Part shown: in pieces, positions 1 through 11,612 of the stretch
Layout: each line of letters begins with the position of its first letter
Position numbering within the stretch: position 1 is the first letter of the stretch
Assembly: GCA_951406725.2 (NCBI GenBank)
Contig: OX597823.1
Span: 93,868,001 to 93,932,000, forward strand
From: Octopus vulgaris
Taxonomy: Eukaryota
DNA length: 64,000 nt
Direction: 5' to 3'
Translations under genes and position numbers: made by a program
Notes under the pieces: model-generated
The model's database searches: none
What the model saw: the letters and a program-made list of their open reading frames with translations, nothing else
What the model was told of the DNA's origin: nothing

Positions 1-611
1 TCATATAGAAAAATATTATTCATGTAGTTATACAATTAAGGGCTCCTAAATTAAGATGCCGAGTGCTGGGAACACAAAAAGGGGATGAATTTATCGAGAG
101 TGAAAATCAAAAACGTTTACCGATAACTTTAACAACTCGTACCGCGGTTTCTGCTTCTTTCTAGCAAAACAGAGAATATGTTTGCTAAGGCTAGCTTCAT
201 CAGCGAGTCGCCTAAATTTAATTGAGGTCTGCAGCGATGTGGGACCATGTGTTGAACCCGACTACTAGCAGATCTTAACTTTTCAAATCTCTGCGCAGAC
301 GCAAAACCTACAAGGCAGTATAGGGCATGCCGGGAAGAATTTTACGAATAAATCCATCATGTAATATGCGAATATAAACAAGAAGGGTAGTAATATTATT
401 TACTACCAGGTGCCCAGCACAAAAGACGAATTAGTCATAAGACAAAAATATTATTCATATAGAAAAATATTATTCATGTAGTTATACAATTAAGGGCTCC
501 TAAATTAAGATGCCGAGTGCTGGGAACACAAAAAGGGGATGAATTTATCGAGAGTGAAAATCAAAAACGTTTACCGATAACTTTAACAACTCGTACCGCG
601 GTTTCTGCTTC

Positions 612-613
<2 letters not shown>
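1..613 (-). mobile_element. Partial tandem (454-bp period) hammerhead-containing element, retrozyme-like or PLE pseudo-LTR array
   Basis: 1-159 is repeated essentially exactly at 455-613; the unit contains a type I HHR on the minus strand; the array ends against (TA)n at 614 and runs off the window start. Confidence 0.75.
135..208 (-). ncRNA. Type I hammerhead ribozyme motif
   Basis: Minus strand reads ACUCG-CUGAUGA-[hairpin region UAGCAAA..UUUGCUA]-GAAA-C-CGCG-GUA-CGAGU: stem I ACUCG/CGAGU, intact core, palindromic stem III ACCGCGGU, GUA cleavage triplet at 140. Confidence 0.8.
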
Positions 614-642
<29 letters not shown>

Positions 643-648
643 ATGTTT

Positions 649-739
649 GCGGCTGAAGAGAGCTTTAAACCATCTTTTATATCAATAATACACTGATGTA
701 ATAATGGATTGTTTATAAAACTTGAAACACGTGTACCGC
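649..739 (+). ncRNA. Type I hammerhead ribozyme motif in short (TA)n-flanked element
   Basis: GCGG-CUGAAGA-[~65-nt stem II region]-GAAA-C-ACGU-GUA-CCGC; stem I GCGG/CCGC, palindromic ACACGUGU stem III; TA repeats on both sides of the element. Confidence 0.75.
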
Positions 740-1363
740 GATATCCTTTGTGTTCTGTTTTTAATTTTATTTGTATATATACATATATATATATATAACT
801 AATCTAGATGGGAACCATCATTCCCCAACTCAGTAAATGAAGGACCTGTCCAAAGCTATGCTATGAGACATATACCATAAAAAATATTAATCTAAAATTT
901 TAATGATATATAATATTGAACAGTAAGATTATTCCAATCATATAATATGTAAGAGCAAATACTTTTAAAATCACATTGAATACCATATAACTAAACGGGT
1001 TCTTCATTGACTGAGTTGTGGAATAATAGTCCGTCTCTAAATCAGTTATATACATATACTATATATTATATATTACGAAAATCCGGTCTAATATTATTAT
1101 ACTGAATTTTACCTGTAAGGCTGGAATAATAATTTATTCCCTAATATTATAAATATATATATTAGTTAAGTAAGAAAATTAGACTTGATTAAGTAAAAGC
1201 CTTGCAAAAGCTCGTCCACAGTTTTTGACTGCATGATACCATCATACAATGGAAATGGCCCAGTTGTTATACGATGTAAATCAGTATTTTCCACAGAATC
1301 CATAGTGTTTATATAAAAAATATGCGATGTAAAATGGAATGAACGACATTCTTTACTTTGAAC

Positions 1364-1469
1364 ATCATTACAATTGTTTCGACACAGTTTTGCACTTTTC
1401 GTACATTCGAGAGATATTGTGTAATGGCTATCGTGTAACCAGGGTGTTACAAGCTACTCCTCAGGTGAT
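1364..1469 (-). ncRNA. Type I hammerhead motif, diverged inverted copy of 1750-1852
   Basis: Minus strand: AUCAC-CUGAGGA-...-GAAAC-AAUU-GUA-AUGAU (one stem I mismatch). Confidence 0.6.
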
Positions 1470-1749
1470 TCGTTAAATAAGTCCTTCGAGGCGTGTCATT
1501 TCCAAAAGTGTACAAATAAAACTAAACCTATAGATATAGTGACTGATAAAAACAATTATAATCAAAACACTAAATACATAATGAATCAGACAAAAGAAGA
1601 AAAACTATCAATTACCATTGTATTTTAATAGTTGGAATATTTGGAAGATATCTCTAAACAGACTGAAAAATAAAATGAAGAATAAAATTCAACTGCATCT
1701 TTCACTGAGAATAATGAGGAGCGGATCTAACGATGGTCTTATTTAAACA

Positions 1750-1852
1750 ATCACCTGAGGAGGGGCATTTTACAGCATTGATGTATGATAATGGTTACAC
1801 AACATTTCACCGACTAAAGGTGAAAAAAATGTATTGAAACAATTGTAGTGAT
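1750..1852 (+). ncRNA. Type I hammerhead ribozyme motif with long stem II
   Basis: AUCAC-CUGAGGA-[~75 nt]-GAAAC-AAUU-GUA-GUGAU; perfect 5-bp stem I, palindromic ACAAUUGU, AATAAA immediately downstream. Confidence 0.72.
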
Positions 1853-1959
1853 TTTTAAATAAAGAATGTCGCTCATCCCATTCTTTATCATTTATCTATG
1901 TAAAACTCTACGGGTACTATGGAAATCCTTCGTGTATATCCAGCAGCAGCATTTCACCA

Positions 1960-2222
1960 GTATGATGGTAACAGACGTAGCTTCGTGGTAAGAAGCTTGA
2001 TTCCCAGGCACATGGGTCTGGGATCAGCCTCACTGCATGGCGTCTTCGGTAAGTGTCTTCTACTCTAGCCGGGCCGACCAAAAGCCTTGTGAGTGGATAA
2101 GTAACGGAAACTGAAAGAAGCCTGTCGTATGTGTATGTTTTTTGTGTATGTGTGTGTGCATGAGGCTCTTTGTGTTTATGTCTCTCCCCTACAACCGCTT
2201 GACCAGTGGTGTTAGTGTCTTT
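1960..2222 (+). mobile_element. tRNA-derived SINE (family A), diverged and 3'-truncated
   Basis: Shares 'aagtgtcttctact...gaccaaagccttgtgagtgga...acggaaactgaaagaagcc' with the 4831 copy. Confidence 0.7.
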
Positions 2223-2232
2223 ATGCAAAATA

Positions 2233-3110
2233 TAAGGCTGAGTAAAAAGTAAGCAACGTTTTGAAACATGAAATTCATCATAAAATATTTCAACAACGGG
2301 TATGTTTTATTCATCAAAGTAAGTACTATTACAATCAACGCATTTTTGCAAACGCGTCACAAATTTTTTTATTTCGGTAACGTTAAAAAAATGTTCTGGA
2401 GCTTATTAACTCTTTGAATGCCTTTTCAGCATCAGATTTGATTTTTGAACGCCTTCTCTCACAGGAAACCAAACCATCAAGCTGCTTGAAAAAGTGGTAG
2501 TCGGTAGAAGAAAGTTCTGGAGAATAAGCTGGGCAGAAAGAACTTCTTGGCCAAGTTCTCCCAACCTCTGGAGCGTCATTAGTGAAACAACGTGTGGTCG
2601 AGCACTGTCATGAAGAATGATTGGCCCTCATCTGTTGACCAGTCTGGGGCGGAGAAGTAGCATGTTTTCGTTCATTTTGGCAATTTCATGGCAATATGTT
2701 TCTGCAGTAATGGTTTTTCCGGGTTTTAAGAAGTTATAGTGGATGAGTCCTGCAGTATATCACCAAACAGTCATCTTATCTTTCTTTTTGAAGCGCTCAG
2801 ATTTAGGGAAGGCTTCCGGTGCTTCATTTTGGTCCAAACACTGCGAAGAACGTTTTTATTATTGTACAAAATCCACTTTTCCTCGCAAGTTACAATACAG
2901 TGGACAAATAGATCGGTCCAGTTACAGAAAAAGCGAGCAAATTTCATATCTGCACATTTTCTGATTTTCGTTTAAATCGTGTGGTACCCATTTGTCGAGC
3001 ATTTCTGATTTTCTGATCGCATGCAAATTGTTGCAGGCAAACTTGAAGTTCTTTTGCCAGTTCTCGAGTAGTTTTGTGTGGGTCTTTCTCAATGACGGTC
3101 TTTAATTGAC
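2233..3110 (-). mobile_element. Decayed mariner (Tc1/mariner) transposon, 5'-truncated transposase pseudogene
   Basis: Minus-strand fragments: HTH 'KDPHKTTRELAKEL', 'WVPHDL', 'LHDSARPHV', 'AYSPELSSTDYHFFKQL' (WVPHEL and YSPDL signatures); TIR-like end after TA at ~2233; frameshifts present. Confidence 0.88.
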
Positions 3111-3297
3111 CGGCGTCCCTAGTACTCAACTGGTACTTATTTTATCGGTCCTAAAAGAACGGTGAAGTCAACATCGGAGGAATTTGATTTCAGAAAAATG
3201 TACACGGACGAAATGTTGCTAATACCTTTGTGTCTGGCGTACTAACTGTTCGCCTTGATATGAATGTTTGAATATAATTTTCAGTCAACGTACGTAA

Positions 3298-3358
<61 letters not shown>

Positions 3359-4031
3359 CTATCTACTTCTTTATCTATCTCTCTTCTCTCTCTCTATCTA
3401 CAGTGAAGAACAGTACACAAATATACACACACCTATACCCACACAAACACATATACGCACACAGACACGCATGAAAGCACGTTCGCATGTGGATTTCGTA
3501 CTAAGATATAATTACAAATCTACTTCGAAGCACATATTCAAGTAATTAGCAAAATACATCTGTACTGTCATTGTGGGAAATCATTATAACATGCTAGAAG
3601 CCGTAATATCTCTGCGTTATTGAATATTTAAGGAAAAATGAGGCGGCTGCGCAGTTAAATGATTGTTGCTGTCGACTCAGAAGGGAGCTCACTGGCGCTC
3701 AGTAATGTGATTACAACGTAAATACACGAATCTGCATTTATTTACGCAGATGCAAAAAAGAGGCGTTTGTTTAGATGCTACGTATATATAATATATATTG
3801 AGAGATGGAGAGATAGATAGATACATACATGGATACATGCATACATACACACAATCATACATGCATGCATGCATACATATACAGATGCATGCATATACAT
3901 GCATACACACAAACATACATACATGCGTACATAAATGCATACATACATACATTCATACATATATACATGCATGTATACATATATACATAGATGCATACAT
4001 ACATATGTACATACATGTATTCATACATACT

Positions 4032-4083
<52 letters not shown>

Positions 4084-4830
4084 CATACATACACGCATAC
4101 AGATATACATACAAGCATACATACATACATGAATATATACATACATAGATACATACAGCATACATACATGCATACATACATGCATACATACATGTATACA
4201 TACATATTCATACATACATACATAGATGCATACATACACATGCATGTATATCTCTTTTAAAATCAAAGAGAAACATATGTATAGACACCTCCTTGAATAC
4301 CACTATTTTCTATATCCAGATTATGTGTTCATATCTATACCAATAATGATTTGTATACTTTCTGTCCGTCAGTGTATATCGGTCATAGGGAAACTTCAGA
4401 CTCGGTAATGACCCCATTGTCTTGCGCCATTTCCGCTCTGTCTTTGTTCGGACTGTCTTTTCACAAAGGGCCATCCGGACGCCTGCTTTCACGTGGACCT
4501 GAATTAATCCTCTCTTTTCCTCCTTTGCGCCACATGGGCGCAACTCACCTTCTCTCTTCATCCGTCATCAACCTCACATCATCTCTTCATTTGATTCTAA
4601 CTCATCTCCACTATGCATGCTTTCGGTGCGAATGTTTTTTTTTGTTTTTTTTTATACGGTGCCACTTTTACAATCCTGTAAATAATAATAATGTTATTTT
4701 TATATAAGCTTAAAGCTTATAGCGATCACTGAGCAATGACTAAGGAAAATAGTCTAATAAACGGCATCTAAGCCTTCGAGGGATAAAAGAGGGCTTTCCT
4801 ATCCGCTTGGAATACATATATATATATATA

Positions 4831-5213
4831 CAGGAATGGCTGTGTGGTAAGTAGTTTGCTTAACAGCCACATGGTTCTGGGTTCAGTCCCACTGTGTGGC
4901 ACCTTGGGCAAGTGTCTTCTACTATAGTCTTGGGCAGACCAAACCTTGTGAGTGGATTTTGTAGACGGAAACTGAAAGAAGCCCGTCATATATATATATA
5001 TATATGTTTGTGTGTCTGTGGATGTCCCCGCACCAGCACTTGACAGTATATGTCGGTGTGTTTACGGTACCGTAACCTAGCGATTCGTCGAAGAGACCGA
5101 TAGATTAAGTACTAGACTTACAAAGAATAAGTCCTGAGGTCTATTTGTTCGCTTAAAGGTGCTCCAGCGTGGCCGTAGTCAAGTGGCTGCAACAAGTAAA
5201 AAAATAAAAGAAT

Positions 5214-5217
<4 letters not shown>
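4831..5217 (+). mobile_element. tRNA-derived SINE (family A)
   Basis: Head 'tggctgtgtggtaag' (A-box-like) and 'ggttcagtccc' (B-box-like), body 'ttgggcaagtgtcttctactatag', internal (TA)n, A-rich tail. Confidence 0.85.
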
Positions 5218-5257
<40 letters not shown>

Positions 5258-5264
5258 CTGCGGT

Positions 5265-5671
5265 CTTTTATGCTTTTACTTGTTTCAGTCAATTGACAGA
5301 GGCCATGCTGGAACACCGCCTTTAGTCGAACAAATCGACCCCAGGACTTATTCTTTGCAAGCCCAGTACTAATTTTATCGCATCTTTTGCCGAACCGCTA
5401 GGTTACGGGGACGTTAACAAACCAATTTCTGTTATCAAGTGATGGTGAGGGATGGACAAACACAGAAACAGAAAAACACAGGCACACACACACACACACT
5501 CATATGTACATATGTATATGACGGGCTTCTTTCAGTTTCCGTCTACCAGATTGACTACCAAGGCTTTAGTCGGCCCGAGGCTAGAGTAGAAAACGCTTCC
5601 CCCGTGTGGTATACAGTGTGACTGTATGTGGTTGGTAAGTAAGCTACTTACCACGCAGCCACTCCTGCACC
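5265..5671 (-). mobile_element. tRNA-derived SINE (family A), inverted relative to the 4831 copy
   Basis: Reverse complement of the same head, body and tail motifs. Confidence 0.85.
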
Positions 5672-5848
5672 TATATATATATATTTAAATATCGACGTAC
5701 TGCGTCTTTCCGTTTAAGAAACTTTTAATATTCTCTTTAACATTCCTAATTATATTTTAATCGTCTTCATAATAGTGTTATTGCAGTAATTGTAAATATA
5801 ATTCTTTAAACCCATTAATGAATTAGTTTATTTCCAATACAACTACAC

Positions 5849-6042
<194 letters not shown>

Positions 6043-6477
6043 TCATTGATACTCTTATGAATATCCTGTTTGTTTCCATTCACCCAACAATATACTTCAT
6101 TTCCTTATTCGAGGACACATCGCATTAGCTCTGAATTAGAAGCCAAGATTTTGTTTCGAGGTTCGTGTTCAATGAATTTCATGTCTGCCGTGTCGAAATT
6201 ATCCGTGGCTAATTGTCCTGTTTATTAACATAAATTGCTTACTAAATTTTAATATAAGAAATTGTGCTGCCCACACAATGAGGTTCTTAACGCGTCGGAT
6301 TGAGTATCCTGCCGTATTTCTTCTGACTTGTTGGCTGGCTGGCTGACTTGCTGGCTTGTTGTAAATCTCGTAACGGTAATGTGATAAAATATTTGATTTG
6401 GGAGGAGAAAGCAGGGCCTCTGCAACGAGAGGTGAAATGGAAATTTAGATTAGTTATATTAATACTAATTAGGAGAA

Positions 6478-6705
6478 GGCAGTGAGCTGGCAGAAACGTT
6501 AGCACGCCGGGCGAAATGCTTAACAGTATTTCGTCTCCACTTAAGTTCGGAGTTCAAATTCCGCCGAGGTCGACTTTGCCTTTCATCCTTTCGGGGTCGA
6601 TAAATAAATTACCAGTTTCGCACTGGGGTCGATGTAATCGATTTAATCCATTTGTCTGTTCGCGTTTGTCCTCTCTATGTTCAGCCCCTTGTGAACAATA
6701 AATAA
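6478..6705 (+). mobile_element. SINE (family B)
   Basis: 'gagctggcagaaacgttagcacgccgggcgaaatgc...gagttcaaattccgccgaggtcgactttgcctttcatcc', recurring many times in the window; B-box-like GTTCAAATTCC. Confidence 0.85.
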
Positions 6706-6983
6706 AAAATATATATAAATACTAATTAGGAGAGAGGGAGAAATAGAGAGCGAGAAAGATAGAAAGAGAGAGAGAGAGAGAGAGGAATATCAGGTAGTCA
6801 GCTAATGAGACATGTAGTACGGCAAACAGAGAATATGTAAAATAACTGAAGTTAATTGACATTTCTAGAATCATTTCGGAAATGGTTATGGCCAGAGATG
6901 GCGACAGGGATGATTTTTGCCATGATTACGTAACCAGAGGCGGTCTTGAGAATCATCTATAATGCGTAGGTTAAGGCATATTT

Positions 6984-7550
6984 CTTTATTCTTGTCTACT
7001 GTAGGCACAAGACCCGAACTTTGGGGAGGAGGCCAGTCGATTAGACACTGGTACTTAATTTATCGACCCCGAAAGGATGAAAGGCAAATTCGACCTCGGC
7101 GGAATTTGAACTCAGAACCTAGAGGCAGATGAAATACCTATTTCTTTACTACCCACAAGGGGCTAAACACAGAGAGGACAAACAAAGACAGACAAACGGA
7201 TTAAGTCGATTACATCGAGCCCATTGCATACCTGGTACTTATTTAATCGACCTGGAAAGGTGAAAGGCAAACTCGACCTCGGTGGAATTTGTACTCAGAA
7301 CGTAACGACAGACGAAATACCTATTTCTTTATTACCCACAAGGGGCTAAACACAGAGGGGACAAACAAGGACAGACATAGGTATTAAGTCGATTACATCG
7401 ACCCCAGTGCGTAACTGGTACTTAATTTATCGACCCCGAAAGGATGAAAGGCAAAGTCGACCTCGGCGGAATTTGAACTCACAACGTAACGCAGACGAAA
7501 TACCGCTAAGCATTTCACCTGCGTACTAACGATTCCGCCAGCTCGCCGCC
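6984..7550 (-). mobile_element. SINE family B with three tandem internal ~183-bp units
   Basis: Three iterations of 'gaaaggcaaa..cgacctcggcggaatttgaactc' spaced ~180 bp; head 'ccagctcgccgcc' at 7538-7550. Confidence 0.85.
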
Positions 7551-8113
7551 AAAGTCATTTTTTTATTATCACATAAAATAATATCGTTTTAGGTTTTGTC
7601 AATAAGACTGAGGTTTAGACAAAATATTTGATGGATGGATACCTGAGGCATATGACTCGCGTGCCACATGTGATAAAGAAGAGAAACAAAGAATTGGTTT
7701 ACATCACTATATAATGGGTAACTAGAGTGGAATGCTAGAGCATAAGATATATTGTTTTGTGGTAATTGTTCGGGATCTCTGCGCTTTGAGTTCAAATTCG
7801 GCCGAGCTCTTTCATTATTCTGGAAGTCTAAAAATACCAGTTCTATAATGGGGAAATACTCCTCTGTTTCTCATAGTCTTCGTCTGACAGTTTCCTTCTG
7901 CCAGAAATTGAAAGTGGTTAGACCTAGGGAAGGATTGTCTTTACCCAGGTGTAAAAATATCCAAGACACACCGCGTATATCACGAACACGCTACTAACTT
8001 ATTATATAGATGAGGAGTTCAGGTAAGCCAAGGCAATTGTCTTTGGGAATATAGAGGTATCGACTTGTGAGCTTAGGATGTATGTTTTCGATGTGTATAT
8101 ATCGGTGCATATG

Positions 8114-8173
<60 letters not shown>

Positions 8174-8382
8174 ATTATCATAATTGGTAAGCTCAGTTTT
8201 CTTCAAATAAATAGGAAAAACGATATGAAATTCAATACGAAGGTTGATGGGAATTTATATGAAGAATATATAATGGTAAATTTATGTGGAATATTTTTTA
8301 TAGCTAATTTTCTGTTATAATCATGATTTAACTGTCTTCTCCAAATGGCCGTCACACGTTTCCATACCCGCCTACCTACCTC

Positions 8383-8442
<60 letters not shown>

Positions 8443-8483
8443 TTATTATATAGAAGATTAAAAGTACTGTTCATACAAAGAAA

Positions 8484-8518
<35 letters not shown>

Positions 8519-8641
8519 TAATTTTACTCGTATATATATATGTGTATATATATATATATGTATGTATAGATAGATAGATAGATATATGTATATATATGTA
8601 CGTATGTATATATATAGAGAGAGAGATAGATAGATATATAC

Positions 8642-8703
<62 letters not shown>

Positions 8704-9102
8704 TGCATATATCTGTGCGCGTGTATGATTCTGGTTTTTGTATCTTATCGTCAGTGGAGTGTGTGTGTATACACATACATACACACATATACATTACTGC
8801 TTGTTCTTATGTCGAGTAATATATAAACACAGCTGAACATTAAAATGAAGGTTTATAGAAAGTTTTACTTCTGTATTTATGAACTTTCCGCAGTAAAAGT
8901 GCTTACCGTGACTTCGAATTTTAGGCTTACATTCCTGTCTCCGTGATTTCGGTGTGTGAAAACAGTCCGAAACGTTAGTCGTTGCCAACATTATCCTTGT
9001 AAATATTATTACACGCACACAGATACACAGACACAAACACACACGTACGCACACACATATATACGTTTATATATGTACCTACCTATCTGTCTATCTCAAT
9101 TC

Positions 9103-9150
<48 letters not shown>

Positions 9151-9574
9151 ATACATATATATGTATATGTAAATTTTTATTTTTTTTCGTATTTTCATTT
9201 TTATTTTTATTTTTATTTGTGATTTTATTTGTGTAAAGTAAGGTCCGGCAAACCTATTTACTCATAGGCATACTTATATGTTTAAAATATAATTTTCTGT
9301 ATCAAACTATGATAATGTTATTTAGAGGTCTGATGATTGGGGTTACATTTTAAGAAAGGTTCCTGTAAAACACGGCGTGGTTAAGGAACCGTAAAATGAA
9401 CATCAAGTCGAGATATGAGTAGTAAGTATTAAATTAAAGTTCTTTTATATGGCGGGATGAAGGGGACTACTATCTCTAAATAAAAAAATATATATATTTC
9501 CTTATTGAGAATAATTTGAACCCCTGTGATGCCGGAATTTTTATTCCCTAACGAATAAAATAAAATATACATAC

Positions 9575-9638
<64 letters not shown>

Positions 9639-9798
9639 AAATATATGTAGGTCCCGGTTGATTCGGGGTTAAATAAATAAGGTACAATTTAAACGATTAT
9701 AGAAGTTTATTTACTTAAAGCCGAAGTTTGAAGATTTCTCTTGAATGAACTCTTCTGGTATATAATAAATATATATATATATATATATATAAGATTGT

Positions 9799-10257
9799 CA
9801 ATTTAAACGTAATACTTAACCGGTTTCACTCTTTGGTAAAAGTAACATTGAATAATATGGGTTCAAAAAAGTTTTTTACATAATTGTCACATTGAATATT
9901 ATGCATTCAAAAAAGTTTTTTACATAATTGTCACATTGGATATTATGAATTCAAAAATGTTTTTTTGATACAAAATTGTCACATTACATGGATAAATATA
10001 GTGTATAAATATAGAGAAGTTCAATAGTGTGATGAGAATATTTGGAAAAATTGGCAGAAAAGGATAAAACAAATATATTATTGGAAATTTGGTTGCGTTA
10101 ATTATTGGTTGTCGCAAATTGTCACATTACATGTATATATATACAGTCTTTGGTATATATATACAATATTTTGACAGCAAACATTAAAATGGATTTTTTC
10201 TACATCTCAGAATAAGTTGAAGGCGAGAATATGTTATTACTGACCTGTTTGTTTCAG
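9799..10257 (-). repeat. 5' inverted pseudo-LTR of the PLE
   Basis: Reverse complement of 15531-16022 with few substitutions and several small indels; contains ~44-bp internal tandem subrepeats ('taattgtcacattgaatattatg'). Confidence 0.92.
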
Positions 10258-10265
10258 TCCCGAAA

Positions 10266-11612
10266 ATGCCACCCAAATCACAACAAGCAGAATCTTTAAT
10301 GAACCAAAATATCCTAAAAGAATTACAAGAAATCTCCTCGAAACTTTCAACCATAATAAACAAAGTCGAACAATCGCACTTATACCTAAATGGACTCATG
10401 GAGGCCAAAACAACCAATCAAATCCCTGACATCATCCCAACACTGCAAGACCTAATGAAATCCATAGAGACGGCAGTGCTCCCAAAGCAGGAGCAAACTA
10501 AAGACTGCTTCTCAATTAAAAGCTCTCTTAACAACACCTGGAGTAAAAATCTCAAAGCGCGTAAGTTTGCCTTCTGGAATTTCATAAAAAATAACAACAA
10601 AGCTGACATTTATGAAAAGTGGCTCAACTCCACCCCTATCATCCTACCCAGAAAACTACAAATAAAACCCATCCAAAATGAACCAGAAAACCAAAAAAAC
10701 CTCAGGGAGAAACTAGCTTTTGAAAAATTCAAAACGGAAGTAGAACTCTTGCGGCTCAGAGCCAACGCCAGTGAAGAAAAATCCAAGACCCTTGACAATG
10801 AAATGCAGATTGAAATCTCAAAACACTGTGAAGGATTACTCCTTGATGAAACCACCAAACTCTGGAGAAAAAACTGCGAGGATGAAGAACTAACATCCCT
10901 CCAGCGAATGGAAAAAAACAGCTGGTTCACCAATTATGAAACAGAGTTCACAAAGGAACACCTTTCAAGCAACCCATATTTTAAAATATCTACTTCAACT
11001 CACACCCCTCGCCAAAAACAAAGAAAACCAACCACAAAACACCGAACACACACCACCCCTAACATCAACAACAACAACAACAGAACTTACAGACAGCACT
11101 ACAATCCCATCAAAAGAACCGAGACACCCATCATCACAAGACAAAACTTTACCAGACAACGTAGACCCCAACCCACACAAGAACCGTTCCAGATTCGGAG
11201 ATCCTACCCTTCACTTAGAAACCCATCTCTGAACTATGATTGTAGATTCCAACCCAAACCGCTCCTAACTCAGAGTTCTCCCCCAACATATAGGAATTCA
11301 CTTCTAAACCATGAATATAGTTTCCAACCTACTCTAAGGAACCAACATTACACCCAGGACAAACAACCCAGACCCTGGAATAACCAAAACTCTTCCAGGA
11401 GGCCACACCAACAACCCAGACCCTGGAACAACCAAAACCTCTTCAACAGACAACATATCAACGGGGGACAGAATCACAACAACCAAAACCTCTTCAACAG
11501 ACAACATATCAACGGGGGACAGAATCACATACAGCAAAATACCGCAAACAGAAGAACCCCCAGGATTCCTTTTTTAGGCAAGGGCATCAGTTTCCACGAC
11601 ACCAGATGGTAG
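10266..11612 (+). CDS. PLE ORF1, 448 aa, unknown function (helical/coiled-coil N-half, Q/N/R/P-rich low-complexity C-half)
   Basis: Long uninterrupted non-microsatellite ORF directly upstream of RT, same A/C-rich strand bias; heptad-like segments; duplicated peptides QPRPWNNQN and NNQNLFNRQHINGGQNH. Confidence 0.8.
   Translation: MPPKSQQAESLMNQNILKELQEISSKLSTIINKVEQSHLYLNGLMEAKTTNQIPDIIPTLQDLMKSIETAVLPKQEQTKDCFSIKSSLNNTWSKNLKARKFAFWNFIKNNNKADIYEKWLNSTPIILPRKLQIKPIQNEPENQKNLREKLAFEKFKTEVELLRLRANASEEKSKTLDNEMQIEISKHCEGLLLDETTKLWRKNCEDEELTSLQRMEKNSWFTNYETEFTKEHLSSNPYFKISTSTHTPRQKQRKPTTKHRTHTTPNINNNNNRTYRQHYNPIKRTETPIITRQNFTRQRRPQPTQEPFQIRRSYPSLRNPSLNYDCRFQPKPLLTQSSPPTYRNSLLNHEYSFQPTLRNQHYTQDKQPRPWNNQNSSRRPHQQPRPWNNQNLFNRQHINGGQNHNNQNLFNRQHINGGQNHIQQNTANRRTPRIPFLGKGISFHDTRW

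Noticed and set aside
9843-9990. ~44-bp repeats resembling a CRISPR array
   Set aside because: Tandem subrepeats without unique spacers inside a eukaryotic retroelement terminus; no cas genes.
11570-11577. TTTTTTAG as a splice acceptor to express RT
   Set aside because: As assembled, an exon starting at 11578 still meets the in-frame TAG before RT, so it does not resolve the junction without the same extra indel.
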